From: Eledone cirrhosa
Lineage: Eukaryota
NCBI GenBank assembly: GCA_964016885.1
Contig: OZ024741.1
Span: forward strand, 338,210,001 to 338,274,000
Direction of reading: 5' to 3'
DNA length: 64,000 nucleotides
Shown here: positions 1-15,000 of the stretch, one piece after another
Layout: the number at the start of each line of letters is the position of its first letter
Position numbering within the stretch: position 1 is the stretch's first letter
Program-made: the position numbers and the translations under genes
Notes under the pieces: model-generated
Told to the model about the DNA's origin: nothing
Databases searched by the model: none
Seen by the model: the letters and a program-made list of their open reading frames with translations, nothing else

Positions 1-3000
1 TCTCATGTCTTTGTGACTATGGTCACTCTATGATGTCTCCAGTTCTCATGTTTTTGTGACTATGGTCACTCAATGATGTCTCCAGTTCTCATGTCTTTGT
101 GACTATGGTCACTCAATGATGTCTCCAGTTCTCATGTCTTTGTGACTATGGTCACTCAATGATGTCTCCAGTTCTCATGTCTTTGTGACTATGGTCACTC
201 AATGATGTCTCCAGTTCTCATGTTTTTGTGACTATGGTAACTCAATGATGTCTCCAGTTCTCATGTTTTTATGGACTGTGGTCACTCAATGATGTCTCCA
301 GTTCTCATGTCTTTGTGACTATGGTCACTCAATGATGTCTCCAGTTCTCATGTCTTTGTGACTATGGTCACTCAATGATGTCTCCAGTTCTCATGTTTTT
401 GTGACTATGGTGACTCAATGATGTCTCCAGTTCTCATGGTTTATGGACTATGGTCACTCAATGATGTCTCCAGTTCTCATGTTTTTGTGACTAGGGTCAC
501 TCAATGATGTCTCCAGTTCTCATGGTTTTATGGACTATGGTCACTCTATGATGTCTCCAGTTCTCATGTTTTTGTGACTATGGTCACTCAATGATGTCTC
601 CAGTTCTCATATCGTTGTGACTGTGGTCACTCAATGATGTCTCCAGTTCTCATGTCTTTGTGACTATGGTCACTCAATGATATCTCCAGTTCTCATGTTT
701 TTGTGACTATGGTCACTCAATGATGTCTCCAGTTCTCATGTCTTTGTGACTGTGGTCACTCTATGATGTCTCCAGTTCTCATGTTTTTGTGACTATGGTC
801 ACTCAATGATGTCTCCAGTTCTCATATCGTTGTGACTGTGGTCATTCAATGATGTCTCCAGTTCTCATGTTTTTGTTGACAATGGTCACTCAATGATGTC
901 TCTAGTTCTCATGTCTTTGTGACTATGGTCACTCAATGATGTCTCCAGTTCTCATGTTTTTGTGACTATGGTCACTCAATGATGTCTCCAGTTCTCATGT
1001 TTTTATGGACTATGGTAACTCAATGATGTCTCCAGTTCTCATGTTTTTATGGACTGTGGTCACTCAATGATGTCTCCAGTTCTCATGTCTTTGTGACTAT
1101 GGTCACTCAATGATGTCTCCAGTTCTCATGTTTTTGTGACTATGGTCACTCAATGATGTCTCCAGTTCTCATGGTTTTGTGGCTATGGTCTCTCAATTAT
1201 GTCTCCAGTTCTCATGTCGTTGTGACTGTGGTCAGTCAATGATGTCTCCAGTTCTCATGTTTTTTGTGACTATGGTCACTCAATGATGTCTCCAGTTCTC
1301 ATGTCTTTGTGACTATGGTCACTCAATGATATCTCCAGTTCTCATGTTTTTGTGACTATGGTCACTCAATGATGTCTCCAGTTAACATGTCTTTGTGACT
1401 GTGGTCACTCAATGATGTCTCCAGTTCTCATGTTTTTGTGACTGTGGTCATTCAATGATGTCTCCAGTTCTCATGTTTTTGTGACTATGGTGACTCAATG
1501 ATGTCTCCAGTTCTCATGTCTTTGTGACTATGGTCACTCAATGATGTCTCCAGTTCTCATGTCTTTGTGACTATGGTCACTCAATGATGTCTCCAGTTCT
1601 CATGTTTTTGTGACTATGGTCACTCAATGATGTCTCCAGTTCTCATGTCTTTGTGACTATGGTCACTCAATGATGTCTCCAGTTCTCATGTTTTTATGGA
1701 CTATGGTAACTCAATGATGTCTCCAGTTCTCATGTTTTTATGGACTGTGGTCACTCAATGATGTCTCCAGTTCTCATGTCTTTGTGACTATGGTCACTCA
1801 ATGATGCCTCCAGTTCTCATGTTTTTGTGACTATGGTCACTCAATGATGTCTCCATTTCTCATGTCTTTGTGACTATGGTCACTCTATGATGTCTCCAGT
1901 TCTCATGTTTTTGTGACTATGGTCACTCAATGATGTCTCCAGTTCTCATGTCTTTGTGACTATGGTCACTCAATGATGTCTCCAGTTCTCATGTCTTTGT
2001 GACTATGGTCACTCAATGATGTCTCCAGTTCTCATGTCTTTGTGACTATGGTCACTCAATGATGTCTCCAGTTCTCATGTTTTTGTGACTATGGCAACTC
2101 AATGATGTCTCCAGTTCTCATGTTTTTATGGACTGTGGTCACTCAATGATGTCTCCAGTTCTCATGTCTTTGTGACTATGGTCACTCAATGATGTCTCCA
2201 GTTCTCATGTCTTTGTGACTATGGTCACTCAATGATGTCTCCAGTTCTCATGTTTTTGTGACTATGGTGACTCAATGATGTCTCCAATTCTCATGGTTTA
2301 TGGACTATGGTCACTCAATGATGTCTCCAGTTCTCATGTTTTTGTGACTAGGGTCACTCAATGATGTCTCCAGTTCTCATGGTTTTATGGACTATGGTCA
2401 CTCTATGATGTCTCCAGTTCTCATGTTTTTGTGACTATGGTCACTCAATGATGTCTCCAGTTCTCATATCGTTGTGACTGTGGTCACTCAATGATGTCTC
2501 CAGTTCTCATGTCTTTGTGACTATGGTCACTCAATGATATCTCCAGTTCTCATGTTTTTGTGACTATGGTCACTCAATGATGTCTCCAGTTCTCATGTCT
2601 TTGTGACTGTGGTCACTCTATGATGTCTCCAGTTCTCATGTTTTTGTGACTATGGTCACTCAATGATGTCTCCAGTTCTCATATCGTTGTGACTGTGGTC
2701 ATTCAATGATGTCTCCAGTTCTCATGTTTTTGTTGACAATGGTCACTCAATGATGTCTCTAGTTCTCATGTCTTTGTGACTATGGTCACTCAATGATGTC
2801 TCCAGTTCTCATGTTTTTGTGACTATGGTCACTCAATGATGTCTCCAGTTCTCATGTTTTTATGGACTATGGTAACTCAATGATGTCTCCAGTTCTCATG
2901 TTTTTATGGACTGTGGTCACTCAATGATGTCTCCAGTTCTCATGTCTTTGTGACTATGGTCACTCAATGATGTCTCCAGTTCTCATGTTTTTGTGACTAT

Positions 3001-6000
3001 GGTCACTCAATGATGTCTCCAGTTCTCATGGTTTTGTGGCTATGGTCTCTCAATTATGTCTCCAGTTCTCATGTCGTTGTGACTGTGGTCAGTCAATGAT
3101 GTCTCCAGTTCTCATGTTTTTTGTGACTATGGTCACTCAATGATGTCTCCAGTTCTCATGTCTTTGTGACTATGGTCACTCAATGATATCTCCAGTTCTC
3201 ATGTTTTTGTGACTATGGTCACTCAATGATGTCTCCAGTTCTCATGGTTTTGTGACTATGGTCACTCAATGATGTCTCCAGTTCTCATGTTTTTGTGACT
3301 ATGGTCACTCAATGATGTGTCCAGTTCTCATGTCTTTGTGACTATGGTCACTCAATGATATCTCCAGTTCTCATGTTTTTGTGACTATGGTCACTCAATG
3401 ATGTCTCCAGTTCTCATGTCTTTGTGACTATGGTCACTCAATGATGTGTCCGGTTCTCATGTTTTTGTGACTATGTTCACTCAATCATGTCTCCAGTTCT
3501 CATGTCATTGTGACTGTGGTCACTCAATGATGTCTCCAGTTCTCATGTCTTTGTGACTATGGTCACTCAATGATGTCTCCAGTTCTCATGTTTTTGTGAC
3601 TATGGTCACTCAATGATGTATCCAGTTAACATGTCTTTGTGACTGTGGTCACTCAATGATGTCTCCAGTTCTCATGTTTTTGTGACTGTGGTCATTCAAT
3701 GATGTCTCCAGTTCTCATGTTTTTGTGACTATGGTGACTCAATGATGTCTCCAGTTCTCATGTCTTTGTGACTATGGTCACTCAATGATGTCTCCAGTTC
3801 TCATGTCTTTGTGACTATGGTCACTCAATGATGTCTCCAGTTCTCATGTTTTTGTGACTATGGTCACTCAATGATGTCTCCAGTTCTCATGTCTTTGTGA
3901 CTATGGTCACTCAATGATGTCTCCAGTTCTCATGTTTTTATGGACTATGGTAACTCAATGATGTCTCCAGTTCTCATGTTTTTATGGACTGTGGTCACTC
4001 AATGATGTCTCCAGTTCTCATGTCTTTGTGACTATGGTCACTCAATGATGCCTCCAGTTCTCATGTTTTTGTGACTATGGTCACTCAATGATGTCTCCAT
4101 TTCTCATGTCTTTGTGACTATGGTCACTCTATGATGTCTCCAGTTCTCATGTTTTTGTGACTATGGTCACTCAATGATGTCTCCAGTTCTCATGTCTTTG
4201 TGACTATGGTCACTCAATGATGTCTCCAGTTCTCATGTCTTTGTGACTATGGTCACTCAATGATGTCTCCAGTTCTCATGTCTTTGTGACTATGGTCACT
4301 CAATGATGTCTCCAGTTCTCATGTTTTTGTGACTATGGTCACTCAATGATGTCTCCAGTTCTCATGTTTTTGTGACTATGGTCACTCAATGATGTCTCCA
4401 GTTATCATGTATTTGTGTCTATGGTCACTCACTGATGTCTCCAGTTCTCATGGTTTTATGGACTATGGTCACTCAATGATGTCTCCAGTTCTCATGTCTC
4501 TGTGACTATGGTCACTCAATGATGTCTCCAGTTCTCATGTTTTTGTGACTATGGTGACTCAATGATGTCTCCAGTTCTCATGGTTTTATGGACTATGGTC
4601 ACTCAATGATGTCTCCAGTTCTCATGTTTTTGTGACTAGGGTCACTCAATGATGTCTCCAGTTCTCATGGTTTTATGGACTATGGTCACTCTATGATGTC
4701 TCCAGTTCTCATGTTTTTGTGACTATGGTCACTCAATGATGTCTCCAGTTCTCATATCGTTATGACTGTGGTCACTCAATGATGTCTCCAGTTCTCATGT
4801 TTTTGTGACTATGGTCACTCAATGATGTCTCCAGTTCTCATGTTTTTGTGACTATGATCACTCAATGATGTCTCCAGTTCTCATGTCTTTGTGACTATGG
4901 TCACTCAATGATATCTCCAGTTCTCATGTTTTTGTGACTATGGTCACTCAATGATGTCTCCAGTTCTCATGTCTTTGTGACTATGGTCACTCAATGATGT
5001 CTCCAGTTCTCATGTTTTTGTGACTATGGTCACTCAATGATGTCTCCAGTTCTCATGTCTTTGTGACTATGGTCACTCAATGATGTCTCCAGTTCTCATG
5101 TTTTTATGGACTATGGTCACTCTATGATGTCTCTAGTTCTCATGTCTTTGTGACTATGGTCACTCAATGATGTCTCCAGTTCTCATGTTTTTGTGACTAT
5201 GGTCACTCAATGATGTCTCCAGTTCTCATGTTTTTATGGACTATGGTAACTCAATGATGTCTCCAGTTCTCATGTTTTTATGGACTGTGGTCACTCAATG
5301 ATGTCTCCAGTTCTCATGTCTTTGTGACTATGGTCACTCAATGATGTCTCCAGTTCTCATGTTTTTGTGACTATGGTCACTCAATGATGTCTCCAGTTCT
5401 CATGGTTTTGTGGCTATGGTCTCTCAATTATGTCTCCAGTTCTCATGTCGTTGTGACTGTGGTCAGTCAATGATGTCTCCAGTTCTCATGTTTTTTGTGA
5501 CTATGGTCACTCAATGATGTCTCCAGTTCTCATGTCTTTGTGACTATGGTCACTCAATGATATCTCCAGTTCTCATGTTTTTGTGACTATGGTCACTCAA
5601 TGATGTCTCCAGTTCTCATGGTTTTGTGACTATGGTCACTCAATGATGTCTCCAGTTCTCATGTTTTTGTGACTATGGTCACTCAATGATGTGTCCAGTT
5701 CTCATGTCTTTGTGACTATGGTCACTCAATGATATCTCCAGTTCTCATGTTTTTGTGACTATGGTCACTCAATGATGTCTCCAGTTCTCATGTCTTTGTG
5801 ACTATGGTCACTCAATGATGTGTCCGGTTCTCATGTTTTTGTGACTATGTTCACTCAATCATGTCTCCAGTTCTCATGTCATTGTGACTGTGGTCACTCA
5901 ATGATGTCTCCAGTTCTCATGTCTTTGTGACTATGGTCACTCAATGATGTCTCCAGTTCTCATGTTTTTGTGACTATGGTCACTCAATGATGTATCCAGT

Positions 6001-9000
6001 TAACATGTCTTTGTGACTGTGGTCACTCAATGATGTCTCCAGTTCTCATGTTTTTGTGACTGTGGTCATTCAATGATGTCTCCAGTTCTCATGTTTTTGT
6101 GACTATGGTGACTCAATGATGTCTCCAGTTCTCATGTCTTTGTGACTATGGTCACTCAATGATGTCTCCAGTTCTCATGTCTTTGTGACTATGGTCACTC
6201 AATGATGTCTCCAGTTCTCATGTTTTTGTGACTATGGTCACTCAATGATGTCTCCAGTTCTCATGTCTTTGTGACTATGGTCACTCAATGATGTCTCCAG
6301 TTCTCATGTCTTTGTGACTATGGTCACTCAATGATGTCTCCAGTTCTCATGTCTTTGTGACTATGGTCACTCAATGATGTCTCCAGTTCTCATGTTTTTG
6401 TGACTATGGCAACTCAATGATGTCTCCAGTTCTCATGTTTTTATGGACTGTGGTCACTCAATGATGTCTCCAGTTCTCATGTCTTTGTGACTATGGTCAC
6501 TCAATGATGTCTCCAGTTCTCATGTCTTTGTGACTATGGTCACTCAATGATGTCTCCAGTTCTCATGTTTTTGTGACTATGGTCACTCAATGATGTCTCC
6601 AGTTCTCATGTCTTTGTGACTATGGTCACTCAATGATGTCTCCAGTTCTCATGTCTTTGTGACTATGGTCACTCAATGATGTCTCCAGTTCTCATGTCTT
6701 TGTGACTATGGTCACTCAATGATGTCTCCAGTTCTCATGTTTTTGTGACTATGGCAACTCAATGATGTCTCCAGTTCTCATGTTTTTATGGACTGTGGTC
6801 ACTCAATGATGTCTCCAGTTCTCATGTCTTTGTGACTATGGTCACTCAATGATGTCTCCAGTTCTCATGTCTTTGTGACTATGGTCACTCAATGATGTCT
6901 CCAGTTCTCATGTTTTTGTGACTATGGTGACTCAATGATGTCTCCAATTCTCATGGTTTATGGACTATGGTCACTCAATGATGTCTCCAGTTCTCATGTT
7001 TTTGTGACTAGGGTCACTCAATGATGTCTCCAGTTCTCATGGTTTTATGGACTATGGTCACTCTATGATGTCTCCAGTTCTCATGTTTTTGTGACTATGG
7101 TCACTCAATGATGTCTCCAGTTCTCATATCGTTGTGACTGTGGTCACTCAATGATGTCTCCAGTTCTCATGTCTTTGTGACTATGGTCACTCAATGATAT
7201 CTCCAGTTCTCATGTTTTTGTGACTATGGTCACTCAATGATGTCTCCAGTTCTCATGTCTTTGTGACTGTGGTCACTCTATGATGTCTCCAGTTCTCATG
7301 TTTTTGTGACTATGGTCACTCAATGATGTCTCCAGTTCTCATATCGTTGTGACTGTGGTCATTCAATGATGTCTCCAGTTCTCATGTTTTTGTTGACAAT
7401 GGTCACTCAATGATGTCTCTAGTTCTCATGTCTTTGTGACTATGGTCACTCAATGATGTCTCCAGTTCTCATGTTTTTGTGACTATGGTCACTCAATGAT
7501 GTCTCCAGTTCTCATGTTTTTATGGACTATGGTAACTCAATGATGTCTCCAGTTCTCATGTTTTTATGGACTGTGGTCACTCAATGATGTCTCCAGTTCT
7601 CATGTCTTTGTGACTATGGTCACTCAATGATGTCTCCAGTTCTCATGTTTTTGTGACTATGGTCACTCAATGATGTCTCCAGTTCTCATGGTTTTGTGGC
7701 TATGGTCTCTCAATTATGTCTCCAGTTCTCATGTCGTTGTGACTGTGGTCAGTCAATGATGTCTCCAGTTCTCATGTTTTTTGTGACTATGGTCACTCAA
7801 TGATGTCTCCAGTTCTCATGTCTTTGTGACTATGGTCACTCAATGATATCTCCAGTTCTCATGTTTTTGTGACTATGGTCACTCAATGATGTCTCCAGTT
7901 CTCATGGTTTTGTGACTATGGTCACTCAATGATGTCTCCAGTTCTCATGTTTTTGTGACTATGGTCACTCAATGATGTGTCCAGTTCTCATGTCTTTGTG
8001 ACTATGGTCACTCAATGATATCTCCAGTTCTCATGTTTTTGTGACTATGGTCACTCAATGATGTCTCCAGTTCTCATGTCTTTGTGACTATGGTCACTCA
8101 ATGATGTGTCCGGTTCTCATGTTTTTGTGACTATGTTCACTCAATCATGTCTCCAGTTCTCATGTCATTGTGACTGTGGTCACTCAATGATGTCTCCAGT
8201 TCTCATGTCTTTGTGACTATGGTCACTCAATGATGTCTCCAGTTCTCATGTTTTTGTGACTATGGTCACTCAATGATGTATCCAGTTAACATGTCTTTGT
8301 GACTGTGGTCACTCAATGATGTCTCCAGTTCTCATGTTTTTGTGACTGTGGTCATTCAATGATGTCTCCAGTTCTCATGTTTTTGTGACTATGGTGACTC
8401 AATGATGTCTCCAGTTCTCATGTCTTTGTGACTATGGTCACTCAATGATGTCTCCAGTTCTCATGTCTTTGTGACTATGGTCACTCAATGATGTCTCCAG
8501 TTCTCATGTTTTTGTGACTATGGTCACTCAATGATGTCTCCAGTTCTCATGTCTTTGTGACTATGGTCACTCAATGATGTCTCCAGTTCTCATGTTTTTA
8601 TGGACTATGGTAACTCAATGATGTCTCCAGTTCTCATGTTTTTATGGACTGTGGTCACTCAATGATGTCTCCAGTTCTCATGTCTTTGTGACTATGGTCA
8701 CTCAATGATGCCTCCAGTTCTCATGTTTTTGTGACTATGGTCACTCAATGATGTCTCCATTTCTCATGTCTTTGTGACTATGGTCACTCTATGATGTCTC
8801 CAGTTCTCATGTTTTTGTGACTATGGTCACTCAATGATGTCTCCAGTTCTCATGTCTTTGTGACTATGGTCACTCAATGATGTCTCCAGTTCTCATGTCT
8901 TTGTGACTATGGTCACTCAATGATGTCTCCAGTTCTCATGTCTTTGTGACTATGGTCACTCAATGATGTCTCCAGTTCTCATGTTTTTGTGACTATGGTC

Positions 9001-12000
9001 ACTCAATGATGTCTCCAGTTCTCATGTTTTTGTGACTATGGTCACTCAATGATGTCTCCAGTTATCATGTATTTGTGTCTATGGTCACTCACTGATGTCT
9101 CCAGTTCTCATGGTTTTATGGACTATGGTCACTCAATGATGTCTCCAGTTCTCATGTCTCTGTGACTATGGTCACTCAATGATGTCTCCAGTTCTCATGT
9201 TTTTGTGACTATGGTGACTCAATGATGTCTCCAGTTCTCATGGTTTTATGGACTATGGTCACTCAATGATGTCTCCAGTTCTCATGTTTTTGTGACTAGG
9301 GTCACTCAATGATGTCTCCAGTTCTCATGGTTTTATGGACTATGGTCACTCTATGATGTCTCCAGTTCTCATGTTTTTGTGACTATGGTCACTCAATGAT
9401 GTCTCCAGTTCTCATATCGTTATGACTGTGGTCACTCAATGATGTCTCCAGTTCTCATGTTTTTGTGACTATGGTCACTCAATGATGTCTCCAGTTCTCA
9501 TGTTTTTGTGACTATGATCACTCAATGATGTCTCCAGTTCTCATGTCTTTGTGACTATGGTCACTCAATGATATCTCCAGTTCTCATGTTTTTGTGACTA
9601 TGGTCACTCAATGATGTCTCCAGTTCTCATGTCTTTGTGACTATGGTCACTCAATGATGTCTCCAGTTCTCATGTTTTTGTGACTATGGTCACTCAATGA
9701 TGTCTCCAGTTCTCATGTCTTTGTGACTATGGTCACTCAATGATGTCTCCAGTTCTCATGTTTTTATGGACTATGGTCACTCTATGATGTCTCTAGTTCT
9801 CATGTCTTTGTGACTATGGTCACTCAATGATGTCTCCAGTTCTCATGTTTTTGTGACTATGGTCACTCAATGATGTCTCCAGTTCTCATGTTTTTATGGA
9901 CTATGGTAACTCAATGATGTCTCCAGTTCTCATGTTTTTATGGACTGTGGTCACTCAATGATGTCTCCAGTTCTCATGTCTTTGTGACTATGGTCACTCA
10001 ATGATGTCTCCAGTTCTCATGTTTTTGTGACTATGGTCACTCAATGATGTCTCCAGTTCTCATGGTTTTGTGGCTATGGTCTCTCAATTATGTCTCCAGT
10101 TCTCATGTCGTTGTGACTGTGGTCAGTCAATGATGTCTCCAGTTCTCATGTTTTTTGTGACTATGGTCACTCAATGATGTCTCCAGTTCTCATGTCTTTG
10201 TGACTATGGTCACTCAATGATATCTCCAGTTCTCATGTTTTTGTGACTATGGTCACTCAATGATGTCTCCAGTTCTCATGGTTTTGTGACTATGGTCACT
10301 CAATGATGTCTCCAGTTCTCATGTTTTTGTGACTATGGTCACTCAATGATGTGTCCAGTTCTCATGTCTTTGTGACTATGGTCACTCAATGATATCTCCA
10401 GTTCTCATGTTTTTGTGACTATGGTCACTCAATGATGTCTCCAGTTCTCATGTCTTTGTGACTATGGTCACTCAATGATGTGTCCGGTTCTCATGTTTTT
10501 GTGACTATGTTCACTCAATCATGTCTCCAGTTCTCATGTCATTGTGACTGTGGTCACTCAATGATGTCTCCAGTTCTCATGTCTTTGTGACTATGGTCAC
10601 TCAATGATGTCTCCAGTTCTCATGTTTTTGTGACTATGGTCACTCAATGATGTATCCAGTTAACATGTCTTTGTGACTGTGGTCACTCAATGATGTCTCC
10701 AGTTCTCATGTTTTTGTGACTGTGGTCATTCAATGATGTCTCCAGTTCTCATGTTTTTGTGACTATGGTGACTCAATGATGTCTCCAGTTCTCATGTCTT
10801 TGTGACTATGGTCACTCAATGATGTCTCCAGTTCTCATGTCTTTGTGACTATGGTCACTCAATGATGTCTCCAGTTCTCATGTTTTTGTGACTATGGTCA
10901 CTCAATGATGTCTCCAGTTCTCATGTCTTTGTGACTATGGTCACTCAATGATGTCTCCAGTTCTCATGTTTTTATGGACTATGGTAACTCAATGATGTCT
11001 CCAGTTCTCATGTTTTTATGGACTGTGGTCACTCAATGATGTCTCCAGTTCTCATGTCTTTGTGACTATGGTCACTCAATGATGCCTCCAGTTCTCATGT
11101 TTTTGTGACTATGGTCACTCAATGATGTCTCCATTTCTCATGTCTTTGTGACTATGGTCACTCTATGATGTCTCCAGTTCTCATGTTTTTGTGACTATGG
11201 TCACTCAATGATGTCTCCAGTTCTCATGTCTTTGTGACTATGGTCACTCAATGATGTCTCCAGTTCTCATGTCTTTGTGACTATGGTCACTCAATGATGT
11301 CTCCAGTTCTCATGTCTTTGTGACTATGGTCACTCAATGATGTCTCCAGTTCTCATGTTTTTGTGACTATGGTCACTCAATGATGTCTCCAGTTCTCATG
11401 TTTTTGTGACTATGGTCACTCAATGATGTCTCCAGTTATCATGTATTTGTGTCTATGGTCACTCACTGATGTCTCCAGTTCTCATGGTTTTATGGACTAT
11501 GGTCACTCAATGATGTCTCCAGTTCTCATGTCTCTGTGACTATGGTCACTCAATGATGTCTCCAGTTCTCATGTTTTTGTGACTATGGTGACTCAATGAT
11601 GTCTCCAGTTCTCATGGTTTTATGGACTATGGTCACTCAATGATGTCTCCAGTTCTCATGTTTTTGTGACTAGGGTCACTCAATGATGTCTCCAGTTCTC
11701 ATGGTTTTATGGACTATGGTCACTCTATGATGTCTCCAGTTCTCATGTTTTTGTGACTATGGTCACTCAATGATGTCTCCAGTTCTCATATCGTTATGAC
11801 TGTGGTCACTCAATGATGTCTCCAGTTCTCATGTTTTTGTGACTATGGTCACTCAATGATGTCTCCAGTTCTCATGTTTTTGTGACTATGATCACTCAAT
11901 GATGTCTCCAGTTCTCATGTCTTTGTGACTATGGTCACTCAATGATATCTCCAGTTCTCATGTTTTTGTGACTATGGTCACTCAATGATGTCTCCAGTTC

Positions 12001-15000
12001 TCATGTCTTTGTGACTATGGTCACTCAATGATGTCTCCAGTTCTCATGTTTTTGTGACTATGGTCACTCAATGATGTCTCCAGTTCTCATGTCTTTGTGA
12101 CTATGGTCACTCAATGATGTCTCCAGTTCTCATGTTTTTATGGACTATGGTAACTCAATGATGTCTCCAGTTCTCATGTTTTTATGGACTGTGGTCACTC
12201 AATGATGTCTCCAGTTCTCATGTCTTTGTGACTATGGTCACTCAATGATGCCTCCAGTTCTCATGTTTTTGTGACTATGGTCACTCAATGATGTCTCCAT
12301 TTCTCATGTCTTTGTGACTATGGTCACTCTATGATGTCTCCAGTTCTCATGTTTTTGTGACTATGGTCACTCAATGATGTCTCCAGTTCTCATGTCTTTG
12401 TGACTATGGTCACTCAATGATGTCTCCAGTTCTCATGTCTTTGTGACTATGGTCACTCAATGATGTCTCCAGTTCTCATGTCTTTGTGACTATGGTCACT
12501 CAATGATGTCTCCAGTTCTCATGTTTTTGTGACTATGGTCACTCAATGATGTCTCCAGTTCTCATGTTTTTGTGACTATGGTCACTCAATGATGTCTCCA
12601 GTTCTCATGTCTTTGTGACTATGGTCACTCAATGATATCTCCAGTTCTCATGTTTTTGTGACTATGGTCACTCAATGATGTCTCCAGTTCTCATGTCTTT
12701 GTGACTGTGGTCACTCAATGATGTCTCCAGTTCTCATATCTTTGTGACTATGGTCACTCAATGATGTCTCCAGTTCTCATGTTTTTGTGACTATGGTCAC
12801 TCAATGATGTCTCCAGTTCTCATGTCTTTGTGACTGTGGTCACTCAATGATGTCTCCAGTTCTCATATCTTTGTGACTATGGTCACTCAATGATGTCTCC
12901 AGTTCTCATGTCTTTGTGACTGTGGTCACTCAATGAAGTCTCCAGTTCTCATGTTTTTGTGACTGTGGTCATTCAATGATGTCTCCAGTTCTCATGTTTT
13001 TGTGACAATGGTCACTCAATGATGTCTCTAGTTCTCATGTCTTTGTGACTATGGTCACTCAATGATGTCTCCAGTTCTCATGTTTTTGTGACTATGGTCA
13101 CTCAATGATGTCTCCAGTTCTCATGGTTTTATGGACTGTGGTCACTCAATGATTTCTCCAGTTCTCATGTTTTTGTGACTATGGTCACTCAATGATGTCT
13201 CCAGTTCTCATGTTTTTATGGACTATGGTAACTCAATGATGTCTCCAGTTCTCATGTTTTTATGGACTGTGGTCACTCAATGATGTCTCCAGTTCTCATG
13301 TCTTTGTGACTATGGTCACTCAATGATGTCTCCAGTTCTCATGTCTTTGTGACTATGGTCACACAATGATGTCTCCAGTTCTCATGTTTTTGTGACTATG
13401 GTGACTCAATGATGTCTCCAGTTCTCATGGTTTTATGGACTATGGTCACTCAATGATGTCTCCAGTTCTCATGTTTTTGTGACCAGGGTCACTCAATGAT
13501 GTCTCCAGTTCTCATGGTTTTATGGACTATGGTCACTCTATGATGTCTCCAGTTCTCATGTTTTTGTGACTATGGTCACTCAATGATGTCTCCAGTTCTC
13601 ATATCGTTGTGACTGTGGTCACTCAATGATGTCTCCAGTTCTCATGTCTTTGTGACTATGGTCACTCAATGATATCTCCAGTTCTCATGTTTTTGTGACT
13701 ATGGTCACTCAATGATGTCGCCAGTTCTCATGTCTTTGTGACTGTGGTCACTCAATGATGTCTCCAGTTCTCATGACTTTGTGACTATGGTCACTCAATG
13801 ATGTCTCCAGTTCTCATGTTTTTGTGACTGTGGTCATTCAATGATGTCTCCAGTTCTCATGTTTTTGTTGACAATGGTCACTCAATGATGTCTCTAGTTC
13901 TCATGTCTTTGTGACTATGGTCACTCAATGATGTCTCCAGTTCTCATGTTTTTGTGACTATGGTCACTCAATGATGTCTCCAGTTCTCATGTTTTTATGG
14001 ACTATGGTAACTCAATGATGTCTCCAGTTCTCATGTTTTTATGGACTGTGGTCACTCAATGATGTCTCCAGTTCTCATGTCTTTGTGACTATGGTCACTC
14101 AATGATGTCTCCAGTTCTCATGTTTTTGTGACTATGGTCACTCAATGATGTCTCCAGTTCTCACGTTTTTATGGACTATGGTAACTCAATGATGTCTCCA
14201 GTTCTCATGTTTTTATGGACTGTGGTCACTCAATGATGTCTCCAGTTCTCATGTTTTTGTGACTATGGTCACTCAATGATGTCTCCAGTTCTCATGTTTT
14301 TGTGACTATGGTCACTCAATGATATCTCCAGTTCTCATGGTTTTGTGGCTATGGTCTCTCAATGATGTCTCCAGTTCTCATGTCGTTGTGACTGTGGTCA
14401 GTCAATGATGTCTCCAGTTCTCATGTCTTTGTGACTATGGTCACTCAATGATATCTCCAGTTCTCATGTTTTTGTGACTATGGTCACTCAATGATATCTC
14501 CAGTTCTCATGTGTTTATGGATTATGGTCACTCAATGATGTCTCCAGTTCTCATGTTTTTGTGACTATGGTCACTCAATGATGTCTCCAGTTCTCATGGT
14601 TTTGTGACTATGGTCACTCAATGATGTCTCCAGTTCTCATGTTTTTGTGACTATGGTCACTCAATGATGTCTCCAGTTCTCATGTCTTTGTGACTATGGT
14701 CACTGAATGATATCTCCAGTTCTCATGTTTTTGTGACTATGGTCACTCAATGATGTCTCCAGTTCTCATGTCTTTGTGACTATGGTCACTCAATGATGTG
14801 TCCGGTTCTCATGTTTTTGTGACTATGGTCACTCAATGATGTCTCCAGTTCTCATGTCATTGTGACTATGGTCACTCAATGATGTCTCCAGTTCTCATGT
14901 TTTTGTGACTATGGTCACTCAATGTTGTCTCCAGTTCTCATGTTTTTATGGACTATGGTAACTCAATGATGTCTCCAGTTCTCATGTTTTTATGGAATGT

